Shown piece by piece: positions 47,944 to 59,310 of a DNA stretch of 64,000 bases. A model generated the notes under the pieces. That model ran no database searches. It was not told the origin of the DNA and worked only from the letters and a program-made list of their open reading frames with translations. Position 1 is the first letter of the stretch. Every line of letters begins with the position of its first letter. The position numbers and the translations under genes are program-made. Source of the DNA: Treponemataceae bacterium (GTDB lineage: Bacteria > Spirochaetota > Spirochaetia > Treponematales > Rectinemataceae); assembly GCA_963667725.2 (NCBI GenBank), contig CAXXHO010000001.1, forward strand, positions 34,362 through 98,361, read 5' to 3'.

Positions 47944-49122
47944 ATGAATAAAGCCGAACAGGGCAAGGCCCTGATCGCGATCAAAGCCCTCGGACTGGCC
48001 TCCTGGGCCGTAGTGATGATCTTCGCGGGCGTCGCCTTCCGCCAGCACCGGACGTGGCGGGAGCCCGTCGTTCTCGGGCCGGGCGTCACGGAGGTGCGGT
48101 CGCTGCACGAGTGGTTCCCACCGCTCGAGGGCACCGAGAACGACTGCAACGTCTACGTCCTCGACTCCGGCGTGCCGGGCTCGACCATCCTCGTCCTCGG
48201 CGGCACCCACCCCGAGGAGCCGGCGACGAACCTCGCGGCCGAGCTCCTGGTGGAGAAGGCCAAGCCGACGGCCGGGAAGCTGCTGGTGGCCATCCACACG
48301 AACCGCAGCGCCTCCACGGTGACGCGCCCGGGCGAGGCCTATCCGCAGTTCTATTCGATCAAGACGGACTGGGGCCAGAAAAAGTACCGCATGGGCGACC
48401 GCTCGGCCAACCCGCTGGATTCCTGGCCCGATCCGGAAACCTACGTCCACTTCCCGAGCGGCCAGATGCTCGCCTATATGGATATCAGGAACATCAACAG
48501 GACCTGGCCGGGCAGGCCGAACGGGCTGCTCTGCGAGCGCACGTCCTATGCTTTCATGCAGATGATCAGGCGGGAAAAGGTCGACCTCGTGATCGACTAC
48601 CACGAGGCCGAGCTGGAGTATCCCGTGATCGGGACGATCGTCGCCCACCAGAAGGCGCAGGAAGTGGCCGCCATGGTCTCGATGGATCTCTCGGCCAGCC
48701 AGTTCCGCATCGGGATGGAAGTGTCGCCCAAGACGCTGCACGGCCTGACGCACCGCGAGATCGGCGATTTCTCCGACGCCACCGCCCTGCTCTTCGAGTC
48801 GCCCGAGCCCTTCCTGGACCGCGTGCGCGGGGCCACGAACGAGGCGCTGCTGCTGACGGGCAAGGACGAGTTCGTGCTGCGGGCGGGAAAGGCCGGCCTG
48901 CTCTACTGGCCGATCGACGAGAACGGCTGGCCCATCGAAGTGCGCGTGGGGCGGCATGTCGCGACGACGTCCAAGGTTTTCGAGGTCTGGAATCTCCTCT
49001 ATCCGGATAAGCCGATCATGGTCGAAGGCATGCCCGGCTACGAAGACTTGGCGGCCAAGGGCGTCGGCGCGTATTTCGCCGATCCGTCAGCGCTGCCCAA
49101 GGATCGTGTCGCGTTCGAATGA
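47944..49122 (+). CDS. Membrane-anchored succinylglutamate desuccinylase/aspartoacylase (M14-like) enzyme
   Basis: N-terminal TM; GGTHPEE (HxxE), NINRTWPG and DYHEA; RBS GGGAGG. Confidence 0.8.
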   Translation: MNKAEQGKALIAIKALGLASWAVVMIFAGVAFRQHRTWREPVVLGPGVTEVRSLHEWFPPLEGTENDCNVYVLDSGVPGSTILVLGGTHPEEPATNLAAELLVEKAKPTAGKLLVAIHTNRSASTVTRPGEAYPQFYSIKTDWGQKKYRMGDRSANPLDSWPDPETYVHFPSGQMLAYMDIRNINRTWPGRPNGLLCERTSYAFMQMIRREKVDLVIDYHEAELEYPVIGTIVAHQKAQEVAAMVSMDLSASQFRIGMEVSPKTLHGLTHREIGDFSDATALLFESPEPFLDRVRGATNEALLLTGKDEFVLRAGKAGLLYWPIDENGWPIEVRVGRHVATTSKVFEVWNLLYPDKPIMVEGMPGYEDLAAKGVGAYFADPSALPKDRVAFE

Positions 49123-49124
49123 GG

Positions 49125-49159
49125 ACAGGATCCCAGGACTGGCGGGATTTACAGGAATC
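49125..49159 (+). repeat. Degenerate ACAGGAT tandem units just after a stop codon
   Basis: acaggatcc caggactg gcgggattt acaggaatc. Confidence 0.5.
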
Positions 49160-49227
49160 CGCTGCGCGGGGTCCCGCCGCACCGTTCCCCGCCGCAGCCT
49201 CGGCGCCCAGCCTCCCCGCTCCCGCGC

Positions 49228-51015
49228 CTACAGCGCGGAGCAGCGGTTCTTGCCCAGGCGCTTGGCCTCGCGCAGGGCGCGTTCGGCGCGCTCCACGAAA
49301 GCCTCGCCGGATTCCTTCCCGTCGAATTCAGCGATGCCGATGCTCAGCGTAAGCTCCCAATCGATCGTGGGCTCGGGTTCCGCGCCTTCTCCCGCCTCGG
49401 GATCGGCGCCCGAAACAAAGTCGGCGCCTGGCGTCGAGTCAGGCGAAGGCACGGCGCGGACCGACTCGGCCGCGAAACGGGCGCGTACGCGCTCGGCGAC
49501 GGCGGCTGCCGACTTCGCCGCGATGCCCGCGACGATCACCGCGAACTCGTCGCCGCCGAAGCGGCAGAGTATGTCCCCGTCCCTCGTGCAGCGCTTGAGC
49601 ACGTCCGCGGCGCCGATCAGGATCTCGTCGCCCTCGGTGCGCCCCACCTCGTCGTTGAAGCGCTCGAAGTCGTCCACATCGAGGATGAGGATGGAGAGCG
49701 GCGCAGGAAGCTCCCGCGCGCGCTCGAGCGCCTTATCCAGCTCGAGCATGAAATAGCGCCTGTTATTGAGCCCGGTGAGCATATCGGTATAGTTGAGCTC
49801 GCGGTAGCGCGCCTCGATCGCGGCCATCTTCTCCGATTCGGCGGCCAGGCTCTTGAAGCGGTCGCTCAGGGCCATCGCCAGCAGGACCGACTGGACGGCC
49901 ATGCCGAAGGAAACGGCATTGACGGTGAAGAAATTGACGGGCAGAGCCTTGAGCCCCATGAGCGAGAAGATGATGCCCGACAGGGCGAGGGCCGACCAGC
50001 CGATGAGGTAGTAGAGGGCCGAGCGGAACCCCTGGCGCAGGCGCGCCACCGCGCAGATCATGACGGCCACGGGCAGGATCAGCGCCATATAGTGCGAAAG
50101 CGAGAAGGCTACCTCATTCCAGCCGGCAAGGCCCGTTATCGAGACGACGGCGCCGAGGCAGGCGAGGATGGAGACGATCGTGTGGAGCGCCGGGCTCCCG
50201 TCTTTGAGCCTGAGGAAAAGGAGGGTGAAGACGGCGCCCCAGGTGAGCATCCCGCCCGCGTTGAACCAGAGCATGAGCTGGTCGAAGCCGGCGTGCGGTC
50301 CGAAGAAATACTTGGCGTGCCCCTGCACGTAGAAGATCCAGAGCCCTGTGGCGCCGATGTAGAGGATATAGAAAAGATAGGCGAAATCGCGCAGCGAGAA
50401 GAGGAGGAAGGTGCCGTAGAGCAGCATCGCCACGAGGATGCCGTAGAGAATGCAATAAACGGCGATTTCGACGCCCTCGGCGCGGGTGTAGCCGATGGCC
50501 GGCGCCAGAGACACCTCGAAGCTCACGTCCGTCTGGCTGGCGAGGCGCAGGAAGCAGGGCGCGCCGGATGCGGCGCCTGAGGGCAGCTCGAAGGCGTAGT
50601 TGCGCGAGCGGAGTTCGCCGCCGCGCTCGGCGGCCAGGGCGCCCGAATCGAGCTCGATGTAGCCGCCGCCGGCTTTAGGGACGTAGAGGTCCGCATGGTC
50701 CAGAATGATGGAGAAGCTCGGCTTGACGACGAGGAGCCGCTGGCGCTGAGCGTCGCCCTCGCCCGGAGTCTCGGGAATGGCGAAGCGGAGCCATGCGGCG
50801 GGCGCGTCGCGGCCCACCCACAGGAGGCGGCCCGAAACCGGCGTGAAGCGTTCGTCGAGCCTTCCTGAGGCGAAGTCGGCGATGGCGAGCGCGGGATCGG
50901 CGTTGAAGTAGATATCGGCGCCCGCTCCGAGATCGATGGCCGCGGGCAGGGCCCAGGCCGCCGCCGCGGCGACAAGCGAGGCGAAAAAGAAGGCAACAAG
51001 CTTTTTTGCGATCAT
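49228..51015 (-). CDS. 7TM-DISM sensor diguanylate cyclase
   Basis: Signal peptide, extracytoplasmic domain, about 7 TM segments, DMLTGLNNRR, RDGD I-site and RFGGDEF. Confidence 0.9.
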   Translation of the reverse strand: MIAKKLVAFFFASLVAAAAAWALPAAIDLGAGADIYFNADPALAIADFASGRLDERFTPVSGRLLWVGRDAPAAWLRFAIPETPGEGDAQRQRLLVVKPSFSIILDHADLYVPKAGGGYIELDSGALAAERGGELRSRNYAFELPSGAASGAPCFLRLASQTDVSFEVSLAPAIGYTRAEGVEIAVYCILYGILVAMLLYGTFLLFSLRDFAYLFYILYIGATGLWIFYVQGHAKYFFGPHAGFDQLMLWFNAGGMLTWGAVFTLLFLRLKDGSPALHTIVSILACLGAVVSITGLAGWNEVAFSLSHYMALILPVAVMICAVARLRQGFRSALYYLIGWSALALSGIIFSLMGLKALPVNFFTVNAVSFGMAVQSVLLAMALSDRFKSLAAESEKMAAIEARYRELNYTDMLTGLNNRRYFMLELDKALERARELPAPLSILILDVDDFERFNDEVGRTEGDEILIGAADVLKRCTRDGDILCRFGGDEFAVIVAGIAAKSAAAVAERVRARFAAESVRAVPSPDSTPGADFVSGADPEAGEGAEPEPTIDWELTLSIGIAEFDGKESGEAFVERAERALREAKRLGKNRCSAL

Positions 51016-51124
51016 TTCAAGGCGAGTATACCCTAAAGAAACCTCCGCATAAACCGTTCAAGCAAGAAAAAACCCCGGGCTCGCGCCGCGGGGCTCCACT
51101 TTTGCGCGATCGGAAACGCGCCGG

Positions 51125-52387
51125 CTAGATCGAGGGCGCGTGCGCGAGGAGATAGTCTTCGGCAGCCTTGCACCAGAGCCCGTCGTTGGCCGCGGTCAGG
51201 CGGGCCAGCTCGGCGTAGAAGGGATCGGCCTTGCCGCGCTCGGCGAAATCGGCTATCGCGACCAGGTCCAGCTTCTTATGCGTGTAGATCAGCTTCTTGG
51301 CGCCGGGAATCTTGTCCAGGTTGATCGTGGTTTCAGCCACGGCGTTGAGCCCGCCGATATGGGTGATCATCACCTCGGGCTTGAGCGCGCGGGAGGCCAT
51401 CATGGCCAGCGACTCGACGATGTCGTCCGTGTTGCCGCCCGAGGTGCCCACGAGGTGGTGCGCCGCGTAGTGCACGTCGTAGAAGTTGAGCGATGCCGAG
51501 AAAGCCGGATCGTTGGGGCCGGCGAAGAAGTTGAGGCAGCCGTCCTGGCCGAGGAGCTTGTCGGCGAGCTCGACGACGGGCTTGACCGGCGCGAAGCAGA
51601 AGACGTCATCGAACTTTTTGCCGCCGTTGAGCGACACCAGGTGGGAGACCGGGTCGGGGATGTCCTTGGTGTTCACGTAGATCAGCTCGATGCCATTCTT
51701 CCGGGCCTCCTCCACGGTGATCAGGGAGGCGGCGCGCTTGAGCCGGGCGTCGTCGATGTCGGTGACGACGATGCGTCCGGGCTTGCGTCCGGCGTGGATG
51801 GCGTAGTCGATGGCGCCCATGCCCATGGGGCCGACGGAAGCCAGGAGGGCCAGGCTGCCGCCGGGTACGATGCCCATGGCATGCTCATAGGAGCCCGGCG
51901 TAGTGTGGTACTGGGCGTGGTAGGCGCCGACGATGCAGGACATCGGCTCGGAGAGCGAGCCCATGAAGAAGGCGTCGGCCTGGTAGGGCAGGAGGCAGCC
52001 CATCTCCATAACCTCGGCGGGAATGACGATATAGGTGGCGTCGCCGCCGATGTGCTTATAGGAGTAGCCGGGCGCCCAGAGCGTGCCCTGGTAGTTGATG
52101 GCCGGCTGGATGGCGAACTTGTCGCCCGCCTTGAATTGGTCCGTCCATTTGGCGCCGATTTTGACGAGCCTGCCGCAGAACTCGTGGCCGATGATCGCCG
52201 GCTCCTGGGCCAGCGGGCCGCGGACGCGCTTGTGCGCGTCGCCCTGCATGGCGAGCTTGTGGCTGGACATGCAGATCGAGTCGGAGACGACCTCCGCGAG
52301 GATTTCGTCGTCCTTGATTTCGGGGAGCTCGAACTCTTCGAGCCTGAGATCGTTGACGCCATATATGCGGACCGCTTTCGTCTTCAT
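51125..52387 (-). CDS. Zn-dependent MDR dehydrogenase, L-sorbose-1-phosphate reductase-like
   Basis: SDSICMSS, IGHEFCG, SEPMSCI, GTSGG and THIGGL; RBS AAAGGAG. Confidence 0.85.
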   Translation of the reverse strand: MKTKAVRIYGVNDLRLEEFELPEIKDDEILAEVVSDSICMSSHKLAMQGDAHKRVRGPLAQEPAIIGHEFCGRLVKIGAKWTDQFKAGDKFAIQPAINYQGTLWAPGYSYKHIGGDATYIVIPAEVMEMGCLLPYQADAFFMGSLSEPMSCIVGAYHAQYHTTPGSYEHAMGIVPGGSLALLASVGPMGMGAIDYAIHAGRKPGRIVVTDIDDARLKRAASLITVEEARKNGIELIYVNTKDIPDPVSHLVSLNGGKKFDDVFCFAPVKPVVELADKLLGQDGCLNFFAGPNDPAFSASLNFYDVHYAAHHLVGTSGGNTDDIVESLAMMASRALKPEVMITHIGGLNAVAETTINLDKIPGAKKLIYTHKKLDLVAIADFAERGKADPFYAELARLTAANDGLWCKAAEDYLLAHAPSI

Positions 52388-52515
52388 TCGCAAATCTCCT
52401 TTAATTCAAATCTCGATATATAACATACTCAACAAGGGTGCGGGAGGCCAAGGCGGCGCGTGCGCGGCGCGGCGGGGGGCGCTCATAGCGGCTCCGGCCG
52501 CGGCCCCGCCGCCCC

Positions 52516-54051
52516 TCACTTCGCCTCGGCGATCAGCGCGAGCCACTTCTCGCGGTAGGCCGCGAAATCCGCGAGGCCGGGCATCGGCTCGGCGGGGATT
52601 CGGGCGATCGAGAAGAGCCCGCCGAGGGCCGAGGGCGTCGTGCCTTCGAGGGCGGCCAGGCCCGTGAGCGCCGCGCCGAAGGAAGTCGCCTCGCTCATGT
52701 CCGTGAGACGGACGGGGTTGGCCGGCAGGGCGGCCGCGAGGATGGCGTTGTAGTCGCGGTTGTTGCGGAAGCCGCCCTCGGTGAAGATCGTCTGCCCCGG
52801 CGCGAGCCCGGCGCGCTCGAGGGCGACCATGGTCTGCAGGGCCAGGGAAAGGTTGAGGACGGCCTCGGCCGCGGCCTGATCCGCCATGAAGGCAGGCCGG
52901 GCGCGCCCCGACTCGATGTCGGCGAGCCTGAAGCGTCGCCCGCCCTCGACGGCCTGGGGTATGGAGCCGGGGAATTGTCCCGACCCGGGCACGATCTCAG
53001 GGAGAATGAAGGCCGAACGCTTGGCCAGGATCTTCGCGTAGAGGGCGGGGCTCGGCGAGGCCGTTGCCGCGGCAGGGGCGGCCGCGTGGGCCGAGCCGCC
53101 GGGCTTGGCGCCGAAGAGGCCCGTCCAGACCTCGTATTCCTTGCCGCCCAGGAAAATGGCGGTCTTGACCGGCTTGTTGTAGGCTGAGCGGTTGAAGAAG
53201 ACCACCTTGCCCAGCTCGTCGGGCGCGAATCCGTATTCCTCCTGCGGATGCATGAGGACGCACCAGGTGCCGGTCGAGTTCACGATGAAGTCGGTTCCCG
53301 AATCCTTGACCAGGTAGGGCAGGAGGGAGGCGTTGGAGTCGTGGATCCCCATGGTGACGACTGTGTCCGGTTTGAGCCCGGTGGCCGCGGCGACCTCGGG
53401 CTTAATGGCGCCCAATATTTCCCAGGAATCCTTGAGGGGGAATGGAAGCTTTTTTTCGATGCCGAGCTTTTCGGCCACCGATGAATAGCCGCCGCGCTTC
53501 CAGTCGTAGAGGTAGGTGTGGCAGCCGATGAAGGTGCCCTCGACGCCCGCCTTGCCGGTGAGCCTCATGCCCCAGTACTGGGGATAGGGCAGGACGAGGG
53601 CCGCCGAGGCGAATTCCGACGGATACAGCTCCTTGAGGAGGAAGAGCCCCTTGGCGGGGTTGATGAGGGCGGAGAAGTTGGGCGTTCCCGTGGCGGCCTG
53701 GAGCTCGCGCGGATCGCCGGCCATGGCGTAGAAACGCTTCTGGAATTCGCCGCCCGGCTCGTGCGTGTAGAAGAGGCAGGGCGCCACGGGGTTCCCCGCA
53801 GCGTCGGCGCACACGAAGGTGGCGCCGTGCGTGGTCACCGCGATGGCGCCGATGTCCGAATCGCGAGCGAAATCGCGCAACGTTTCTAGGAACCACGCCT
53901 CCATGCCGGCGAGGTCGTGGGCTTCGATTCCTCCGGCGATCTTCGGCTCGAAGACCTTCTTCCTTATGCCGACGAGGCCGAGACTCCCGTCGTAGACGGC
54001 CACTTTCTTGTTCGTCATCCCGATGTCGATGACGGCGATAGTCCTATCCAT
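52516..54051 (-). CDS. FGGY family carbohydrate kinase
   Basis: VIDIGMTNKK, TTHGA, GCHT, GIHDSNAS and STGTW. Confidence 0.88.
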   Translation of the reverse strand: MDRTIAVIDIGMTNKKVAVYDGSLGLVGIRKKVFEPKIAGGIEAHDLAGMEAWFLETLRDFARDSDIGAIAVTTHGATFVCADAAGNPVAPCLFYTHEPGGEFQKRFYAMAGDPRELQAATGTPNFSALINPAKGLFLLKELYPSEFASAALVLPYPQYWGMRLTGKAGVEGTFIGCHTYLYDWKRGGYSSVAEKLGIEKKLPFPLKDSWEILGAIKPEVAAATGLKPDTVVTMGIHDSNASLLPYLVKDSGTDFIVNSTGTWCVLMHPQEEYGFAPDELGKVVFFNRSAYNKPVKTAIFLGGKEYEVWTGLFGAKPGGSAHAAAPAAATASPSPALYAKILAKRSAFILPEIVPGSGQFPGSIPQAVEGGRRFRLADIESGRARPAFMADQAAAEAVLNLSLALQTMVALERAGLAPGQTIFTEGGFRNNRDYNAILAAALPANPVRLTDMSEATSFGAALTGLAALEGTTPSALGGLFSIARIPAEPMPGLADFAAYREKWLALIAEAK

Positions 54052-54143
54052 TCTGCCTCCAAAATCGCGCAACGCTTAAGGGCGTATAGCGCCGCGCGGC
54101 GCCATTGCCGACTCAGCGCCGCCGCGGCGAAACGTTGTGCGAT

Positions 54144-55364
54144 CTAGTTGAGCATCACCTGGCCGCCGGCTACCGGCAGGGCCTGGCCCGTCTCGTATTC
54201 CTGCTCCACGATGTAGTAGAGGGCCCGCATGACATCGGCGCCGGTGGCGCCCCGCCCCATCGGGACCTTGGCCTCGTAGAACGCCCGCACGTCGGCGACC
54301 GTTTTTGCGCCGGGCACTTTGCCCGAGTTGAGGTACTGCACGAAAAGGCCTTTCACGGGGTCGGACCAGAGCGGACCGTCCAGAAAGTTACCAGGGCAGA
54401 TGGCGTTCACCTTGATGCCGTGCGCGACCAGTTCCAGCGCGAAGCTCTGCACGAGGCCGAGGCCGCCGAACTTGGATCCCGCGTAGGCGCCGTTCTTGTT
54501 GGAGCCCTCGAGGCCGGACTTTGAGTTGATCTGCACGATGTCCGTGAGCCAGCGGGGCGCCGTGCGGCGCTGGCGCGCGAGGAGGCGCCCGCCGTGCTTG
54601 GCGATGAGGAAGAAGGCGACGTAGTTGACGTCGGTGACGAGGCGGAAGCTCTTCTCATCCTGCTCGAGAACGGAGCCGGCTCGGACGATACCGGCGTTCG
54701 ACACGATGAGGTCGAGGCCGCCCGTCGACGCGGCGATCTGGTCGAACATCGCGGCCACGGAAGTCTCGTCCGAGACGTTGACCGCCACCGCTTGGGCGCG
54801 GACGCCGCCCGGGGCCGCGTTCAGCTCGCCCGCGAGCTGCTCGGCGCCGGCGAGGTTCATGTCGGCGATGAAGACGAAGGCGCCCGAGGCCGCGAGGCCG
54901 CGGACGATCTCGGCGCCGAAGCCCTGGGCGCCGCCGGTGACGAGGGCGACCTTGCCCGCCACCACGGCCGCGCGGCCGAGTGCGGAGTTGGCCGCGGCGG
55001 CCGCGTGGGCGGCGGGAGAAATGCCGGGGATCGATTCGAGACGTGAGACGGCGTACGCCAGCTTCTCGCGGCCGAGGGACACCTCCACCAGCGCGGGAAG
55101 CGCGGCCTCCGCGCCGCCAGCCCGGACGGCATTGAACGCGGCCTTGAGCGCGGCGGCGGCCGCCGCCTCGTCCGGCCGGCCCTCCGTATCGAGGACGGAA
55201 TCGGGCAACGCGAGGGAGAAACGCGCGGCGGCCTCGGGCGCCGCGGCAACGTTGCGCGGCGCGTCAACGTTGTGCGGCGCGACGATCACGGGCGCCTTCG
55301 CCGCGTCGAGGAAGAGGCCCCGAACCAGCGGGGCGATCAGGGCATCGTTCAAAACGCTCATCAT
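54144..55364 (-). CDS. SDR, sorbitol-6-phosphate 2-dehydrogenase-like, with a ~135-aa N-terminal extension
   Basis: TGGAQGFG, QINSKSG, YAGSKFGG, CPGNFLDGPLW and YETGQA. Confidence 0.85.
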   Translation of the reverse strand: MMSVLNDALIAPLVRGLFLDAAKAPVIVAPHNVDAPRNVAAAPEAAARFSLALPDSVLDTEGRPDEAAAAAALKAAFNAVRAGGAEAALPALVEVSLGREKLAYAVSRLESIPGISPAAHAAAAANSALGRAAVVAGKVALVTGGAQGFGAEIVRGLAASGAFVFIADMNLAGAEQLAGELNAAPGGVRAQAVAVNVSDETSVAAMFDQIAASTGGLDLIVSNAGIVRAGSVLEQDEKSFRLVTDVNYVAFFLIAKHGGRLLARQRRTAPRWLTDIVQINSKSGLEGSNKNGAYAGSKFGGLGLVQSFALELVAHGIKVNAICPGNFLDGPLWSDPVKGLFVQYLNSGKVPGAKTVADVRAFYEAKVPMGRGATGADVMRALYYIVEQEYETGQALPVAGGQVMLN

Positions 55365-56803
55365 TCGTACCTTCCTTTCAAGAGCCGTTCGGCGGCGACA
55401 CGCGCGTCGATGCCGGCGCGGCCGAGATCGGCGCCCGCCTTGGCGTAGAGGGCTATCCTCTCCTCGAGGCCCAGGGCCGCGTAGGGGTTGGCCTTGGCGA
55501 AAAGCCCCAGGTCGGGATTCGCGGCCGAAAGAGCCTCGTGGGCGACCATGGCCCAGGTCGCCGCGTTGAGGTGGGCGAACTCCGGACGGCGCAGCTCGGG
55601 GCAGTTGAAGGACTGCCGCGGCTGGTTGATGTCCACGCCGGAAATTTCCATAAAGCCGTATTCGCGGCAGAGCTCCCGCATGCGGGCGAGCTGGGCCGCG
55701 GTGTTGCGCGGCGGCATGTAGGTCACCGCCAGAAAGCCGATCTCCTTCAGCTCCACGAAAAGCTCGGGGAGGAAATCGTCCTCGAACTTTTCGGCCTTCT
55801 TGTCGCCGGTGGGCGACTCGCCCACGTCGCCCAGGTAGGCGTAGGCGGGGATGGCGCCGATCGACCGCGCGAAGGCGCAGGCGTCCCGGGCCAGAACGCA
55901 TTCGTCCGCGGGCTGGATGAAGAAGCTGGGCAGGAATTCGGCCTTGAGGAGGCCGAGGAGGTCATAGACAAGGTAGGGATTGGCGGGGTCGGAGAGCGTA
56001 GCGCTGGTTTTGGGTTTGAGGGCCAGGCCCAGCTTCGATTCCAGGCCGGCAGCGAGGGCCTCGCCGAGGCCGAACCCGGCGATCAGAGCCTCCGCCATGG
56101 CGGCGAGAAGGTGCCGTTCCGTCACGGTGCCGCCCTGGGCGTACTTGGAGCGCCCGACGACGTCCCGCTCGAAATCGAAGGGTGCGAGGCCGGCGGCTTC
56201 GAGAATGCCGTTCGCCCTCCCCGCCATCGCGGCGGTGCGCGCGAGCCTGCGCTCCCTGACCGGGGCCAGGAACGCCGCGACCTTTTCGGCCGCCTGGACG
56301 GGAACGCCCTGGACGGTCATGTAGATGATGCCGGCGGAATCGGGGTTGTTGATCTTGCGCGAGGCGAAGGCCGCCGCCGCGCCGCCCGCCGCCACTTCCT
56401 CCGGCGAGTGCAGGAAGGCGCGGATCTCGAAGCCCGTCACCGCGCCCAGGCCGAGGAGGGCGCAGGCCGCGCGCATTTCGGCCGCGCCTGCCAGGGAGTC
56501 GTGGTCGACCGAGCCGGCCACGGTGAGGCCGGCCTTCCACGCCCCGAGCGCGGCCGCTGCCGGCGCGTAGGGGCTGAAGCTGTAGATCGTGTGGATATGG
56601 TTGTTGGATTCCTCGGCAACGGTCCGGCCAGCGGCGTTTGCCGCAGCGTTGGCCGCAACGCTGGCCGCGGCGCCGCCGTCGGCGGCCGCGCCCGCAGCAA
56701 CCGCCCTTCCGGCCGGGGCGAACCCCGGCGCCGAGGCGAAGGCCGCGAGGGCGGCGAGCCTCTCTTCGGGGCTGGCCGCGAAATCGTTGATCGCTTCGTG
56801 CAT
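55361..56803 (-). CDS. PHP-domain protein
   Basis: NNHIHTIYS, VDHDS, GFE and YAYLGD; the final motif SGVDIN is atypical. Confidence 0.75.
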   Translation of the reverse strand: MHEAINDFAASPEERLAALAAFASAPGFAPAGRAVAAGAAADGGAAASVAANAAANAAGRTVAEESNNHIHTIYSFSPYAPAAAALGAWKAGLTVAGSVDHDSLAGAAEMRAACALLGLGAVTGFEIRAFLHSPEEVAAGGAAAAFASRKINNPDSAGIIYMTVQGVPVQAAEKVAAFLAPVRERRLARTAAMAGRANGILEAAGLAPFDFERDVVGRSKYAQGGTVTERHLLAAMAEALIAGFGLGEALAAGLESKLGLALKPKTSATLSDPANPYLVYDLLGLLKAEFLPSFFIQPADECVLARDACAFARSIGAIPAYAYLGDVGESPTGDKKAEKFEDDFLPELFVELKEIGFLAVTYMPPRNTAAQLARMRELCREYGFMEISGVDINQPRQSFNCPELRRPEFAHLNAATWAMVAHEALSAANPDLGLFAKANPYAALGLEERIALYAKAGADLGRAGIDARVAAERLLKGRYE

Positions 56804-56830
56804 AGGTTCGCTCCGGTATCGGGCCGCGGC

Positions 56831-59287
<2,457 letters not shown>

Positions 59288-59310
59288 CGTCTATCTCCTT
59301 GTACTATGAC

